A stretch of DNA of 64,000 nucleotides. Source: Longimicrobiales bacterium. GTDB lineage: Bacteria; Gemmatimonadota; Gemmatimonadetes; Longimicrobiales; Gaopeijiaceae. The number at the start of each line of letters is the position of its first letter. Position 1 is the first letter of the stretch. A model generated the notes under the pieces. It worked only from the letters and a program-made list of their open reading frames with translations, did no database searches and had not been told where the DNA came from. The translations under genes and the position numbers were made by a program. Location: positions 224,001 to 288,000 of the forward strand of contig CBDCKN010000015.1 of assembly GCA_965218295.1 (NCBI GenBank). The letters run 5' to 3'. Shown here piece by piece: positions 39,057 to 49,054 of this stretch.

Positions 39057-40037
39057 ATGGCAGAACTGACGTATAGAGACGCGCTGAACGAGGCCCTCGC
39101 CGAGGAGATGGAGCGAGACGACTCCGTTTTCCTCCTGGGTGAGGAGGTGGCCGAGTACGACGGCGCCTACAAGGTCTCCCAGGGCCTGCTCGAGCGCTTC
39201 GGAGACAAGCGGGTCGTGGACACCCCCATCAGCGAGCTCGGTTTCACGGGGCTCGGAGTGGGCGCGGCCATGCTCGGCCTCCGGCCCATCGTCGAGTTCA
39301 TGACCTTCAACTTCTCCATCCTGGCGCTGGATCAGGTCATCAATAGCGCCTCCAAGCTGCTCCACATGAGTGGCGGGCAGATCGGGATTCCCATGGTGTT
39401 TCGGGGTCCGACGGGAGCGGCCCTCCAGCTGGGCGCGCAGCATTCCCAGGCCTGCGAGACCTGGTACGTGCATGCACCCGGGGTGAAGCTGGTCACGCCT
39501 GCCACGCCTGCGGACGCGAAGGGACTGCTCAAGGCCGCCATCCGGGATAACGACCCCGTAGCCGTCATGGAGGGTGAGCTCCTCTACAACGTGAAGGGAG
39601 AGGTTCCCGACGACGAAGACTTCATCGTTCCCCTGGGACTGGCGGACCGGAAGCGCCAGGGCGACGACGTGTCCATCATCACCCACGGCAGGATGGTACA
39701 CGTAGCGCTGCAGGCGGCGGGCCAGTTGGCCAAGGAGGGGATCGAGGCCGACGTGCTGGACCTTCGGTCCCTCCGTCCCCTCGACGTGGATGCCATCCTG
39801 GAGACCGTGGCAAGGACGAACCGGGCCGTCTACGTGGAGGATGGCTTTCCCTACGTAGGGATCGGCGCCCAGATCGTCTCCATCCTCATGGAGGAGGCCT
39901 TCGACGATCTCGACGCGCCGGTCCTGCGCGTTACCCAGGCCGACATCCCCATGCCGTACAACAAGAAGCTGGAGGCCTGGAGCAAGCCCAGCGCCGGACG
40001 CGTCGTGGAGGCGTGTAAGAAGGTCCTTTATGTCTAA
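39057..40037 (+). CDS. pdhB: Pyruvate dehydrogenase E1 beta
   Basis: GEEVAEYDGAYK, DTPISE, EFMTFNF, AQHSQ. Confidence 0.95.
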   Translation: MAELTYRDALNEALAEEMERDDSVFLLGEEVAEYDGAYKVSQGLLERFGDKRVVDTPISELGFTGLGVGAAMLGLRPIVEFMTFNFSILALDQVINSASKLLHMSGGQIGIPMVFRGPTGAALQLGAQHSQACETWYVHAPGVKLVTPATPADAKGLLKAAIRDNDPVAVMEGELLYNVKGEVPDDEDFIVPLGLADRKRQGDDVSIITHGRMVHVALQAAGQLAKEGIEADVLDLRSLRPLDVDAILETVARTNRAVYVEDGFPYVGIGAQIVSILMEEAFDDLDAPVLRVTQADIPMPYNKKLEAWSKPSAGRVVEACKKVLYV

Positions 40038-40088
40038 ACCTTATCGTCCTAGGGTCGCCCATTTCAGCGACCCAACACTTTCCTGATC

Positions 40089-41387
40089 ATGGCGACCAAA
40101 GTCCACATGGAAGCTCTGTCCCCCACCATGGAGGAGGGACAGGTCGTGAAGTGGCTCAAGTCCGAGGGGGACGAAGTCACCAGGGGCGAGATCCTTGCCG
40201 AGATCGAGACGGACAAAGCCACCATGGAGCTGTCGGCTCGTGGGGACGGAGTTCTCCGGGCCATCTTCGTGGCGGAGGGCGGCACGGCCCCTGTCGGGGA
40301 CGTGATCGCGGTGATCGCCGGCGCCGACGAAGACATCTCCGAGTTCGGTGCGGGCGTGGCGGCGAGCTCGGAGGCCACAGCCGATACAAACGAGGCGGCA
40401 GCTACCACGGCCGCCCCTGCCGGGCCCGCTCCTGCCGAAGCGACGGCCGAGGCGGCTGCCCCGGCCGAAGCCGTCACCACCGAGGCCGCTCCGGCTCCGG
40501 CGGCCGGCGACGGAGGGCGGATCAAGGCGTCTCCGCTAGCCAGGCGCCTGGCTGCCGATTCGGGTCTCGACCTGGCGGCTGTATCCGGATCCGGCCCCGC
40601 CGGCCGCATCGTCAAACGCGACATCGAGGCCGCACTTGCCGAGGGCGTAGCCACCGCGCCGGCCCCGGCACCCGTGCCGTCGCGACCCATGTCGGACGCC
40701 GACTACGAGGACGTCTCCCTCAGCCAGATGAGGAAGACGATCGCCCGGCGCCTCGCCGAGTCCATCGGTCCGATCCCACACTTCTTCCTCACCATCGACG
40801 TGGACATGGGTCGGGCCGTCGAGGCGCGCGGCAGCATCAACGCCATGTTGGAGCCCGAGGGGCAGAAGGTCTCGCTGAACGACCTCATCATACGGGCTAC
40901 TGCTGCGGCTCTGCGCCGTCATCCCGCGTGCAACGCCCACTGGCTGGGCGATTCGATCCGACTCTTCAACCGGGTGCACATCGGGGTCGCGGTGGCGGTG
41001 GAGGACGGGCTCATCACCCCCATCGTGAGAGACGCCGACGCCAAGGGTGTGGCCCAGATAGGCGCGGAGGTCAGGGAGATGGCGGGTCGCGCCCGGGAGC
41101 GGAAGCTCCAACCCGAGGAGTACATTGGGGCCACCTTCTCCATCTCCAATCTCGGCATGTTCGGCATTCATGAGTTCACGGCGGTCATCAATCCGCCCGA
41201 GGCCGGCATCCTGGCCATCGGCGCCGTCGAGGAGATCCCGGTCGTGGAGGACGGCGAGGTGGTGGTCCGCAGTCGCATGCGCATCACCATGAGCTGCGAC
41301 CATCGGGTGATCGACGGCGCCACCGGCGCCCGCTTCCTGGCCACCCTGAAAGGGATGTTGGAGGAGCCGGCCGCCATCCTGCTCTGA
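40089..41387 (+). CDS. pdhC: Pyruvate dehydrogenase E2 dihydrolipoamide acetyltransferase
   Basis: Lipoyl motif ETDKA, ASPLARRLA, SNLGMFG, DHRVIDGA. Confidence 0.95.
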   Translation: MATKVHMEALSPTMEEGQVVKWLKSEGDEVTRGEILAEIETDKATMELSARGDGVLRAIFVAEGGTAPVGDVIAVIAGADEDISEFGAGVAASSEATADTNEAAATTAAPAGPAPAEATAEAAAPAEAVTTEAAPAPAAGDGGRIKASPLARRLAADSGLDLAAVSGSGPAGRIVKRDIEAALAEGVATAPAPAPVPSRPMSDADYEDVSLSQMRKTIARRLAESIGPIPHFFLTIDVDMGRAVEARGSINAMLEPEGQKVSLNDLIIRATAAALRRHPACNAHWLGDSIRLFNRVHIGVAVAVEDGLITPIVRDADAKGVAQIGAEVREMAGRARERKLQPEEYIGATFSISNLGMFGIHEFTAVINPPEAGILAIGAVEEIPVVEDGEVVVRSRMRITMSCDHRVIDGATGARFLATLKGMLEEPAAILL

Positions 41388-41481
41388 TGCGCCGCTGGCT
41401 AGGGATCCCTAAGTTGTCGGGCCTTCGGCGTGCTCCGGCCGCCTGAAGACTTCCTTTCACGAACTCCGGGGTTACAGAATC

Positions 41482-42876
41482 GTGGCCGATTCCTTTGCGC
41501 GCATTCTGAACATCAAGAAGGAGGAGCTGCCGCTCGCCCTCCTGTCGGTAGTCTTCTTCTTCTGCGTGCTGTGCGGTTACTACTTTCTCCGCCCTGTGCG
41601 AGACGCCATGGGGGTGTCGCGGGGCATGGGCGAGCTCCGTTGGCTCTTCCTGGGAACGTCCGGGGTGTCCCTCGTGCTGGTGCTCGCATTCGGGGGGGTC
41701 GTGGCGAGGATGAACCGCCGGCGCTTCATCCCGGTGGCCTACCTCTTCGTGATCCTGTGCCTGTTCGTGTTCTCGGGGATGCTCATCGCGGATGCCCGCG
41801 CCGGGGGTGGGCTCATCGGGACCGATGCCGAGACCTCCGTGGCCCGGGTGGTCGGCTACGTCTTCTTCGTCTGGCTCAGCGCCATCAACCTGTTCGTGAC
41901 GAGCGTCTTCTGGGCCTTCATGGTCGACATCTTCGACATCGACCAGGGCAAGAGGCTGTTCGCCTTCGTCGGCATCGGCGGTACCCTCGGAGCCCTCGTC
42001 GGCGGCTCGGTGACGAATGCCGTCAGTGGGATGACCGAGTCAGTCTATCTACCTGCGGGCCTCATGCTGACCGGCGTGACTCTCTTCGGGGCCGCCATCG
42101 TCGTCATGCTCGTGCTGGACCGCCTCGCCCTCGCCTCCGAGGACTCTCGACTCACGGTAGAGGGCGCAGCGGCGTCGCTGACCGAGGGTCAGGCTCTGTC
42201 TCGTGAGGAGATCGGGGGGACATTCTGGGAGGGGGCGAAAGCCGTCGCGACTTCGCCGTACCTGCTGGGGATCGGCGCGTACATCGTGCTAATGGCGATC
42301 TCGAATACGCTGATCTACTTCACGCAGGCCAACATCATTCTGGAGAACACGGACACGTTCAGCCAGAGAGTGTCGGGGTTCGCGCAGTTCGACATGCTGG
42401 CTTCGATCGCCACGCTGCTCACCCAGATCTTCGTGACGACGCGGGTGATCAAGCGCATTGGAGTCGGCTGGACACTCGCCATCCTCCCACTCGTGACCAT
42501 GGCCGGCTTCGCCATCCTCTCCATTTGGACCCTCTACGGGGTGATGGCAATCTTCCAGGCCGTTCACCGCGCGACTCGCTACGCGATGTCCAGGCCCGCC
42601 CGGGAGACCCTGTTCAGCGTGGTCTCGCCCTCGGAGAAGTACAAGGCGAAGCCGGTGGTGGACGTCTTCCTCTATCGCGCCGGGGACGTGGCCGGGGTGG
42701 GCGTGGACGGGCTATTCGTGGCGATGGGGATGACGCTCGCGTGGGTTGCGGCGGCCACGGTGCCGTTGGCGGGTATGTGGACTATGCTCAGTGTCGCTCT
42801 GGGGCGGGCGCAGCAGCGGAGGGCTCAGACCGACGAAGTGGCCGAGGCGCAGCCTGAGCCGTCGGTGGTCGGATAA
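41482..42876 (+). CDS. MFS transporter of the NTP/NDP (ATP/ADP translocase-like) family
   Basis: YYFLRPVRDAMG, NLFVTSVFWAFM.D.F...QGKRLF, RPARETLF, KYKAK...D...YR.GD. Confidence 0.8.
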   Translation: MADSFARILNIKKEELPLALLSVVFFFCVLCGYYFLRPVRDAMGVSRGMGELRWLFLGTSGVSLVLVLAFGGVVARMNRRRFIPVAYLFVILCLFVFSGMLIADARAGGGLIGTDAETSVARVVGYVFFVWLSAINLFVTSVFWAFMVDIFDIDQGKRLFAFVGIGGTLGALVGGSVTNAVSGMTESVYLPAGLMLTGVTLFGAAIVVMLVLDRLALASEDSRLTVEGAAASLTEGQALSREEIGGTFWEGAKAVATSPYLLGIGAYIVLMAISNTLIYFTQANIILENTDTFSQRVSGFAQFDMLASIATLLTQIFVTTRVIKRIGVGWTLAILPLVTMAGFAILSIWTLYGVMAIFQAVHRATRYAMSRPARETLFSVVSPSEKYKAKPVVDVFLYRAGDVAGVGVDGLFVAMGMTLAWVAAATVPLAGMWTMLSVALGRAQQRRAQTDEVAEAQPEPSVVG

Positions 42877-42921
42877 GGCCCGGCGCACGAGGGACCAGCC
42901 GCCGCGATGGGGGGGTGACGG

Positions 42922-44707
42922 CTAGAAGCCTCCGCCGCCTCCGCCCCCACCTCCGCTAAAGCCGCCCCCGCCGCCGAATCCCGAGCCGCCGCTGCTCCGC
43001 GGCTGGGAGGTCATGGCACTCCCCAACCGCCCGGTCATGCTCCCCAGGTCCGAGACGAAGATGGTGGGCCGGAAATGATGCCCGGCCGGGCCGGAGTACC
43101 AGTCGGGGGGCTCCCTGTACATGTCCTCGAACGCTCGGGCCCACTTCTTCTCCACCTGCAGGGCCATGGCGTGGGGCAGATACCGCTCGAACATCTCGGG
43201 TGAGTCTATCATGCGGCGAAAGTGGTCCGCCTCGACCCGATCGAGAAACTCCTGGAATCCGAGGATGTGCTCGAGCTTCCGGGTTCCCTTCACTGTTCGG
43301 GCGGGCATGACGAGACCGAAGCCGATGACGGGAATGGCGCTCAAGATGGCCGCAACCACGCTGGCTCCGAGGGAAACGGAGAGGGCGTCGCCGAAGAACC
43401 TCAACCCCATCAAGAGGACCACTATGAGGGCGATGCCGCCGCCCACGTATGCTCTCGAGACGTGGTCGGGACGGCGGTGGTAGAATCCGAGAGCCATGAG
43501 CCGCGAGTAAAGCCCGTCCTTGATCTTGTCCAAGTGCTTGTAGAAGTCGTTCTCCAGGTCGTCGAGGTCGACGGCCTTGAGGTATCCTCCGTTGAACAGG
43601 CCGCTCAAGAGAGAGCGCTCGTGCGGTTGCAGCTCCGCCCACTCATCGAGCTCCTTGAGAAGCTGGAACGAGTAGGACGTGCCCTTGAACATGGCCACGA
43701 GACCGGTCCGCTCGTGCTCCTCGATCTTGATGTAACCGCGGACGGCCAGGTCGACCATGGAGGCGGTGACATCCCGCATGTCCGGACTGTTGTCGATGAG
43801 CGTGCCCATCTCGGCGGGCGTGAGGCCCTCGGGTGGCTTGTACTGGGGCGCGATGGGCCGGCGCGCCGGATCACGTCCGCGAGTGCGCCAGAGATGGAGC
43901 ATCAAGACGGAGCTCACGACGGGCAGGAGGAAGATCCAATTGGCCCCAAAAAACCGGATCACCTCCTGGGACACCGTGGGTCGCGCGATGACGCCCGGAT
44001 CCCAGGCCAGGGAGACGGTCATCCCCTCCCGCATACCCAATGGGCTCGTCGTCTCAAAATAGAATCCAGATTCTATTTCCCTGACCCGGGCGTTCGACGC
44101 CATCGAGCCGAAGCCACCCGTATTAGACGCGGGCTCTGAGGCCGGTCACTTGCGGTGGGACCACGATCCGAGCGCTGGCGGCCCGGATGGGAATCTCCCA
44201 CTCGTCACCCGTCACGTTCCAGTAGAGCTCGTCGTGGCCGGCTTCGAACTCGCTCTCGTCGGCGTCGATGAAGCGGAGCGCGTTCGGCGACGAGTATTGG
44301 ATGGTGACCGTCCGGATGGCGTTGTTGGCGCCGGGCACCCAGATCTTGATCCTTTTGTAGTGGCTCTTCCGGCTCTCCTCGTATCGGAGGGCCGTTCCGT
44401 CCTCGGCCGTGACGGAGCGTACGTCCAGCTCGAGTCGGAGATTGAAGCCGCTGGGCGTCCTGTAGACCACGGGGATATCCCGGTACACCCCGTTCCATGA
44501 TCCCGTGAATCGGAATCGGATCGCCTCGGAAACGTGGACCCGTCCGCTCTCCGCCACGGTGATGTCTGCGTCGAAGCGCTCGATCTCGAGCTGCTTCGAT
44601 TGGGCGGAGAGTGGGCCGCCGCCCGCCGTCAGCGCGACCACGGCCGCCAGGGTGGCTCCCAGGCGCCGCCCGAGGGTTCGCATCACGATCGCGTCCGGAC
44701 GTATCAC
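42922..44707 (-). pseudogene. DUF2207 membrane protein split by a single-base insertion near 44124 (or a sequencing error)
   Basis: N-terminal half has ELYWNVTG.EW..PI; removing one A from GTC TAA TAC restores VYTGGFGSMASN and joins the C-terminal half (FE.YLP.A.AL, Gly-rich tail). Confidence 0.85.
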
Positions 44708-45261
44708 TCGGCGTCGTCGTCGGTGAACTTCACCTGAGGCACGGCCTTTTCGGCTTCCGGGATCTCGAAGAACTCCCGCTCCACGAAGTTGAAGCTCTTG
44801 GCGACCAGGTTCGACGGCACCGAGTGGATCTTCGTGTTGTAGTCCCGGACCACGGCATTGTAGTAACGACGGGCGTTCTGAACGGAGTCCTCCAGGTCTG
44901 CCAGGGTACCCTGAAGGTCCTGGAAGCCTCCGGCGGCCTTCAGGTCCGGATACGCCTCGGTCAGAGCGAACAGCGACTTGAGGGCTCCCGCCAGCACGCC
45001 CTCGGCCTGTCCCTTCTGCGCTGGTCCCTGGGCGGACATGGCGGAGGATCGAGCCTGCACCACCGCCTCCAGGGTCTTCTGCTCATGGGCCGCATAGCCC
45101 TTCACGGTCTCCATGACGTTGGGGATCAGGTCGTATCTGCGCTTGAGCTGGACGTCGATGTCCGCCCAAGCCGCCTCCGCCTGCTCTCTGAGCTTCACGA
45201 GGGAGTTATAAAGCCCGACGCCACCGAGAACGACGGCGACAACTACGATCAAATCCCACAT
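44704..45261 (-). CDS. lemA: LemA family protein
   Basis: YNSLV, AWADIDVQLKRRYDLIPN, EAYPDLKA, ARRYYN. Confidence 0.95.
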   Translation of the reverse strand: MWDLIVVVAVVLGGVGLYNSLVKLREQAEAAWADIDVQLKRRYDLIPNVMETVKGYAAHEQKTLEAVVQARSSAMSAQGPAQKGQAEGVLAGALKSLFALTEAYPDLKAAGGFQDLQGTLADLEDSVQNARRYYNAVVRDYNTKIHSVPSNLVAKSFNFVEREFFEIPEAEKAVPQVKFTDDDAE

Positions 45262-45531
45262 TTGACCCTCCTACCCGACGAGTGAGGGGACAGGCGGAAT
45301 CTGTACCAGAATAGGTCCCGGCTCCTCCAACTGCAAAGGAATACGTCTGCCGCTCGACTCTTCTTCTGAGAGCTTCCGGAGAGGGTTTACCTGCCCATGC
45401 GCCCCGTCTAACTTCCAAAGCCATTCCCCGGGGTCGGTCCAGGGGGCCGGAACCGGTGTGTAATCCTGCTAAGCCTGCCCGCGCGCGTGTTCAGTCGGCG
45501 ATCGGGCTCGTTCTTTGAAGGAGAGTAGGGC

Positions 45532-46935
45532 GTGTCAGAGAAGAACTTCGACGTTCTCATCATCGGTGGGGGCCCCGGCGGTTACGTAGCGGCCATACGG
45601 GCGGCTCAGTTGGGGCTGAGCACGGCGTGCGTCGAGGAGGACGAGCTCGGGGGGGTGTGCCTGAACATCGGCTGTATTCCCACCAAGGCCCTCCTCACCA
45701 GTGCCGCGCTCGCGAACGAGCTGAAGACGGCGGCTTCCCATGGCATCACCTTCGACGAGGTGAAGACCGACCTGGGTCCGGCACAGGAGCGCAGCAAGGC
45801 CATCGCCGGGCAGCTGGCCAAGGGTGTGGGACACCTGTTCAAGAAGAACAAGGTGACCCACCTGGAGGGCCGAGGCCGGCTTCTGGGCGAGGGCAAGGTC
45901 GAAGTGGAGGCCGCCGACGGCTCCAAGGAGTCCTACTCGGCCGCACACATCATTCTCGCGACCGGATCACGGCCGAGGGACATCCCCGTTCTACCCATCG
46001 ACGAGGAGCGCGTATGGTCGTCCACAGGCGCCCTCCTTCAGACGGAGGCTCCGGAGACGCTGGCTGTCGTCGGCGCCGGCGCGGTGGGCATGGAGTTCGC
46101 TGACGTCTTCGAGGCCTTCGGCACCAAGGTCACGGTCATCGAGGCGTTGGATCGCATCCTCCCGCTGGAGGACAAGGACTCTTCGGCCGCCGTGGAGCGC
46201 AGCTTCAAGAAGCGTGGCGTGGAATTCTTCACCGGAGCCATGGTGGAGGGCGCCGAGATCGGCGAGAGGTCGGTACTCTTGACCTTCAAGGACAACAAGG
46301 GCGCCGAGCAGACCCTGGCCGTGCAGAACGCCCTCTCGGCGGTGGGTCGCGTGCCGAACACCTCGGACCTCGGTCTCGAGGTGGCCGGTGTCGAGCTCGA
46401 CGAGGGGGGGTTCTTCGCGGTGGATGACCTGATGCGGACCAACGTCCCCGGCGTCTATGCGCTGGGCGACTGCGCCGGAAATCAGCTCCTGGCGCACAAG
46501 GCCATGCACGAGGGAGTGATCTGTGTCGAGGCCATCGCCGGCCAGGGACACGGGTCCGTGGATTATCGGAACGTCCCCAACTGCACGTACTGCCATCCGG
46601 AGGTGGCCTCCGTCGGCCTCACGGAGGAGGAGGCTCTCGACGAGGGACACGAGATCGAAGTGGGCAAGTTCCCGTGGGTCGGCAACGGACGCGCCATCAC
46701 CGCGGGGCACACAGAGGGCTTCGTGAAGGTGATCCGAGACAAGAAGTACTCGGAGATCCTGGGCGCCCACATCGTGGGTCCCCAAGCGACGGAGCTCATC
46801 GGAGAGTTCGTCGTCGGGCGTCACCTGGAATCCACCGTCGACGAGATGGACCGGGCTATGCACCCCCACCCGACCCTCTCCGAGGCCATTGCAGAGGGGG
46901 CACTGGCGGCTCTAGGCCGGCCGATCCACATCTAG
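45532..46935 (+). CDS. lpdA: Dihydrolipoyl dehydrogenase
   Basis: GGGPGGY, GGVCLNIGCIPTK, LLAHKA, HPHPTLSE. Confidence 0.97.
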   Translation: MSEKNFDVLIIGGGPGGYVAAIRAAQLGLSTACVEEDELGGVCLNIGCIPTKALLTSAALANELKTAASHGITFDEVKTDLGPAQERSKAIAGQLAKGVGHLFKKNKVTHLEGRGRLLGEGKVEVEAADGSKESYSAAHIILATGSRPRDIPVLPIDEERVWSSTGALLQTEAPETLAVVGAGAVGMEFADVFEAFGTKVTVIEALDRILPLEDKDSSAAVERSFKKRGVEFFTGAMVEGAEIGERSVLLTFKDNKGAEQTLAVQNALSAVGRVPNTSDLGLEVAGVELDEGGFFAVDDLMRTNVPGVYALGDCAGNQLLAHKAMHEGVICVEAIAGQGHGSVDYRNVPNCTYCHPEVASVGLTEEEALDEGHEIEVGKFPWVGNGRAITAGHTEGFVKVIRDKKYSEILGAHIVGPQATELIGEFVVGRHLESTVDEMDRAMHPHPTLSEAIAEGALAALGRPIHI

Positions 46936-47009
46936 AGGCCTCTAGCGCCGCTCCGGTGGAGAAGGAGGTACGCAGGTGCCAGGTAACGCCGGAGCACTAG
47001 ACCAGGCTC

Positions 47010-48248
47010 CTAGACCAGCTCGACCCCTCCCTCGGACAGCGCGGACTCCATGCCGCGGAGCTGCATGATCCGCACGAGGGCTTCGCCCATCTTGCTGTTC
47101 GGTGTCGACGCGCCTGCCGTCATTCCCAGCTCGAAGGGCCCGTCCGGCAGCCAGTCCGTCTCCACCCGCTCAGGGGTGTCGCCACCCAGGTCCGGCTTGT
47201 GGCGTATGGTGCCTTCCTCTACGTCGATGCATGCCGCGTCCTCGATGTGATAGGTCGCGGTGAACTTCCTGCACAGGTGCGCCAGGTGATCGGTGTTGGA
47301 GGAGTTGTAGCCGCCGATGACGATCATAACGTCGGGTGGCCGGTCCTCCATCATCATCTCGATGGCATCCTGCCGCTCCTGCGTCGCTGAGCAGATCGTC
47401 CCGAAGGAGCGGAAGTTCTCCTGGGTGTACGCCTCCCCGAGCCCCTCGACCATCGCCTCCCGGACCCTGACGCCGATGGCCAGCGACTCGTTGGCGAGCA
47501 TTGTCGTCTGGTTCGCGACTCCGATCTTGCTGAGGTCCACGTCCGGATCGAAGCCGTCGGAGGTCTTCTCGCGGAAGTGCTCCATGAAGCCGGCCCCGGA
47601 CAGGCGCTGCGGACGACCGGCGATGTAGTCGCAGAGGATCTCCGCCTCGTCCATGTCTCGGACGATGATGTACCTGCCGCCCTCGGGCTTCCGGACCTGC
47701 GAGGCCGTGGCCCTTGTTTCTTCGTGGTAGTGCTTGCCGTGGATCACGGCCGTGAACCCGTCCCGCGCGTAGCTCTCGACTCGCTTCCACACCAGCAGCA
47801 CCGATCCGCACGTGGTGTCGACGAGGATGCACCCGATGTCCTTCAGAGTGCTGAAGTCACTCAGGGTCACGCCGAAGGCCGGCATGATCGCGACGTCCGG
47901 GGCAGTCACATGCGAGAAGTCGAAGGCCCCGGTGTCGTCGGGTTGGATGAACTCCATGCCCATGTCACGGATCCGCTGGTTCACGTGCGGGTTGTGGATG
48001 ATCTCCCCGACCAGATAGATGCGCCTGTCCGGGAACTTGTGACGGGTCTCGTAGGCGTAGTCGACGGCCCGGTCGACTCCGTAGCAGAAGCCGAACTCCT
48101 CGGCCAGACGGACCGTCACATCTCCCAATACCTGCTCGTGCCCCTGGCTGCGGATGCTCTGTACCAGTGCCGAGTGGTACTCGGAGTCGATGAGGGGCTG
48201 AACCTCGGACTTGAGGCCGAACCCCTTACGAAAATACGTCTCTTCCAT
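47010..48248 (-). CDS. ispH: 4-hydroxy-3-methylbut-2-enyl diphosphate reductase
   Basis: FGFCYGV.RA, IIHNP, DTTC, NQTTM, TICSATQERQ, GGYNSSNT, TAGASTP. Confidence 0.95.
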   Translation of the reverse strand: MEETYFRKGFGLKSEVQPLIDSEYHSALVQSIRSQGHEQVLGDVTVRLAEEFGFCYGVDRAVDYAYETRHKFPDRRIYLVGEIIHNPHVNQRIRDMGMEFIQPDDTGAFDFSHVTAPDVAIMPAFGVTLSDFSTLKDIGCILVDTTCGSVLLVWKRVESYARDGFTAVIHGKHYHEETRATASQVRKPEGGRYIIVRDMDEAEILCDYIAGRPQRLSGAGFMEHFREKTSDGFDPDVDLSKIGVANQTTMLANESLAIGVRVREAMVEGLGEAYTQENFRSFGTICSATQERQDAIEMMMEDRPPDVMIVIGGYNSSNTDHLAHLCRKFTATYHIEDAACIDVEEGTIRHKPDLGGDTPERVETDWLPDGPFELGMTAGASTPNSKMGEALVRIMQLRGMESALSEGGVELV

Positions 48249-48389
48249 GAGCCTCCAACCGCGGGAGCGCCGGCGGGAGCATCGCGGCGCGCCCCCCATG
48301 CCTCAAAGCTAATCGTCCAGGCGATTCAAGCGAAGAAAGGCGCCCTCGATCGGTCTGCGCACCCTCCACGAGCCTCCGCCCTCGCGGAT

Positions 48390-48455
48390 GTAGTGTCCCG
48401 TTGCCAAAGTGTCTCGGCCAGTCGAGGGCACGGTGCATCCGAAACGGAACACTCG
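48390..48455. mobile_element. Miniature inverted-repeat element, copy C (66 nt, inverted relative to copy B)
   Basis: Reverse complement shares TCGGATGCACCGTGCCCTCGACTGGC with copy B, plus both termini. Confidence 0.8.
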
Positions 48456-48490
48456 GATCCAGCGCGGAGGACGCGGTGTAGGCACCGGTC

Positions 48491-48958
48491 ATGAGCGTTC
48501 TGGCCAGACTCGCACTCCTGTTCGTCATCGTCCCGCTGCTCGAGCTCGCTCTTTTGATAGAGATCGGGCAGGTGGTGGGGTTTCTACCCACGATGGCGCT
48601 CGTGGTGCTCACCGGAGTCACGGGCGCCTGGCTGGCCCGTCTAGAGGGCCTCAAGACCCTGTGGAAGCTCCGCGACGATCTCGCCCGGGGGCAGCTGCCC
48701 GGTCAGGCGATCATGGACGGAATGAGCATCCTCGTGGGTGGCGCGCTTCTCCTCACTCCCGGTATCCTCACCGACCTCGTCGGATTCAGCCTTCTCCTGC
48801 CCCCCACGCGCCACGCCATTCAACGCCACGTGAGAGAGCGCCTGGAGCGAGGCATCCAGGACGGCGCCATTGAGATGACGGTCCTGGGCAGTCGGAGCTG
48901 GGCGACCGGTCCGCCGGAGGGCTCCCCCTTGGAGGACTCGGGGGACGAGTTGAACTGA
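48491..48958 (+). CDS. fxsA: FxsA family membrane protein
   Basis: VPLLELALL, GGALLLTPGILTDLVG..LL.PPTR. Confidence 0.9.
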   Translation: MSVLARLALLFVIVPLLELALLIEIGQVVGFLPTMALVVLTGVTGAWLARLEGLKTLWKLRDDLARGQLPGQAIMDGMSILVGGALLLTPGILTDLVGFSLLLPPTRHAIQRHVRERLERGIQDGAIEMTVLGSRSWATGPPEGSPLEDSGDELN

Positions 48959-49054
48959 ACGGAACACTCGAACCCAGGAGGCTGTCCGAGTACTGGGGTG
49001 CGGCTCTGCACTTTACCCCTTGAGCGGGATCCCCGGTTCGGTAGTTTCCGACTC

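Noticed and set aside
42922..43000. G/C-rich low-complexity run resembling a repeat element
   Set aside because: Encodes the normal Gly/Ser-rich C-terminal tail of DUF2207 proteins
48254..48268. 14/15 match (TCCAACCGCGGGAGC) to the tRNA-Asn 3' end, as a possible attR
   Set aside because: The interval would include oriC and core genes, no integrase is present, and the match overlaps the ispH ribosome-binding site; probably chance
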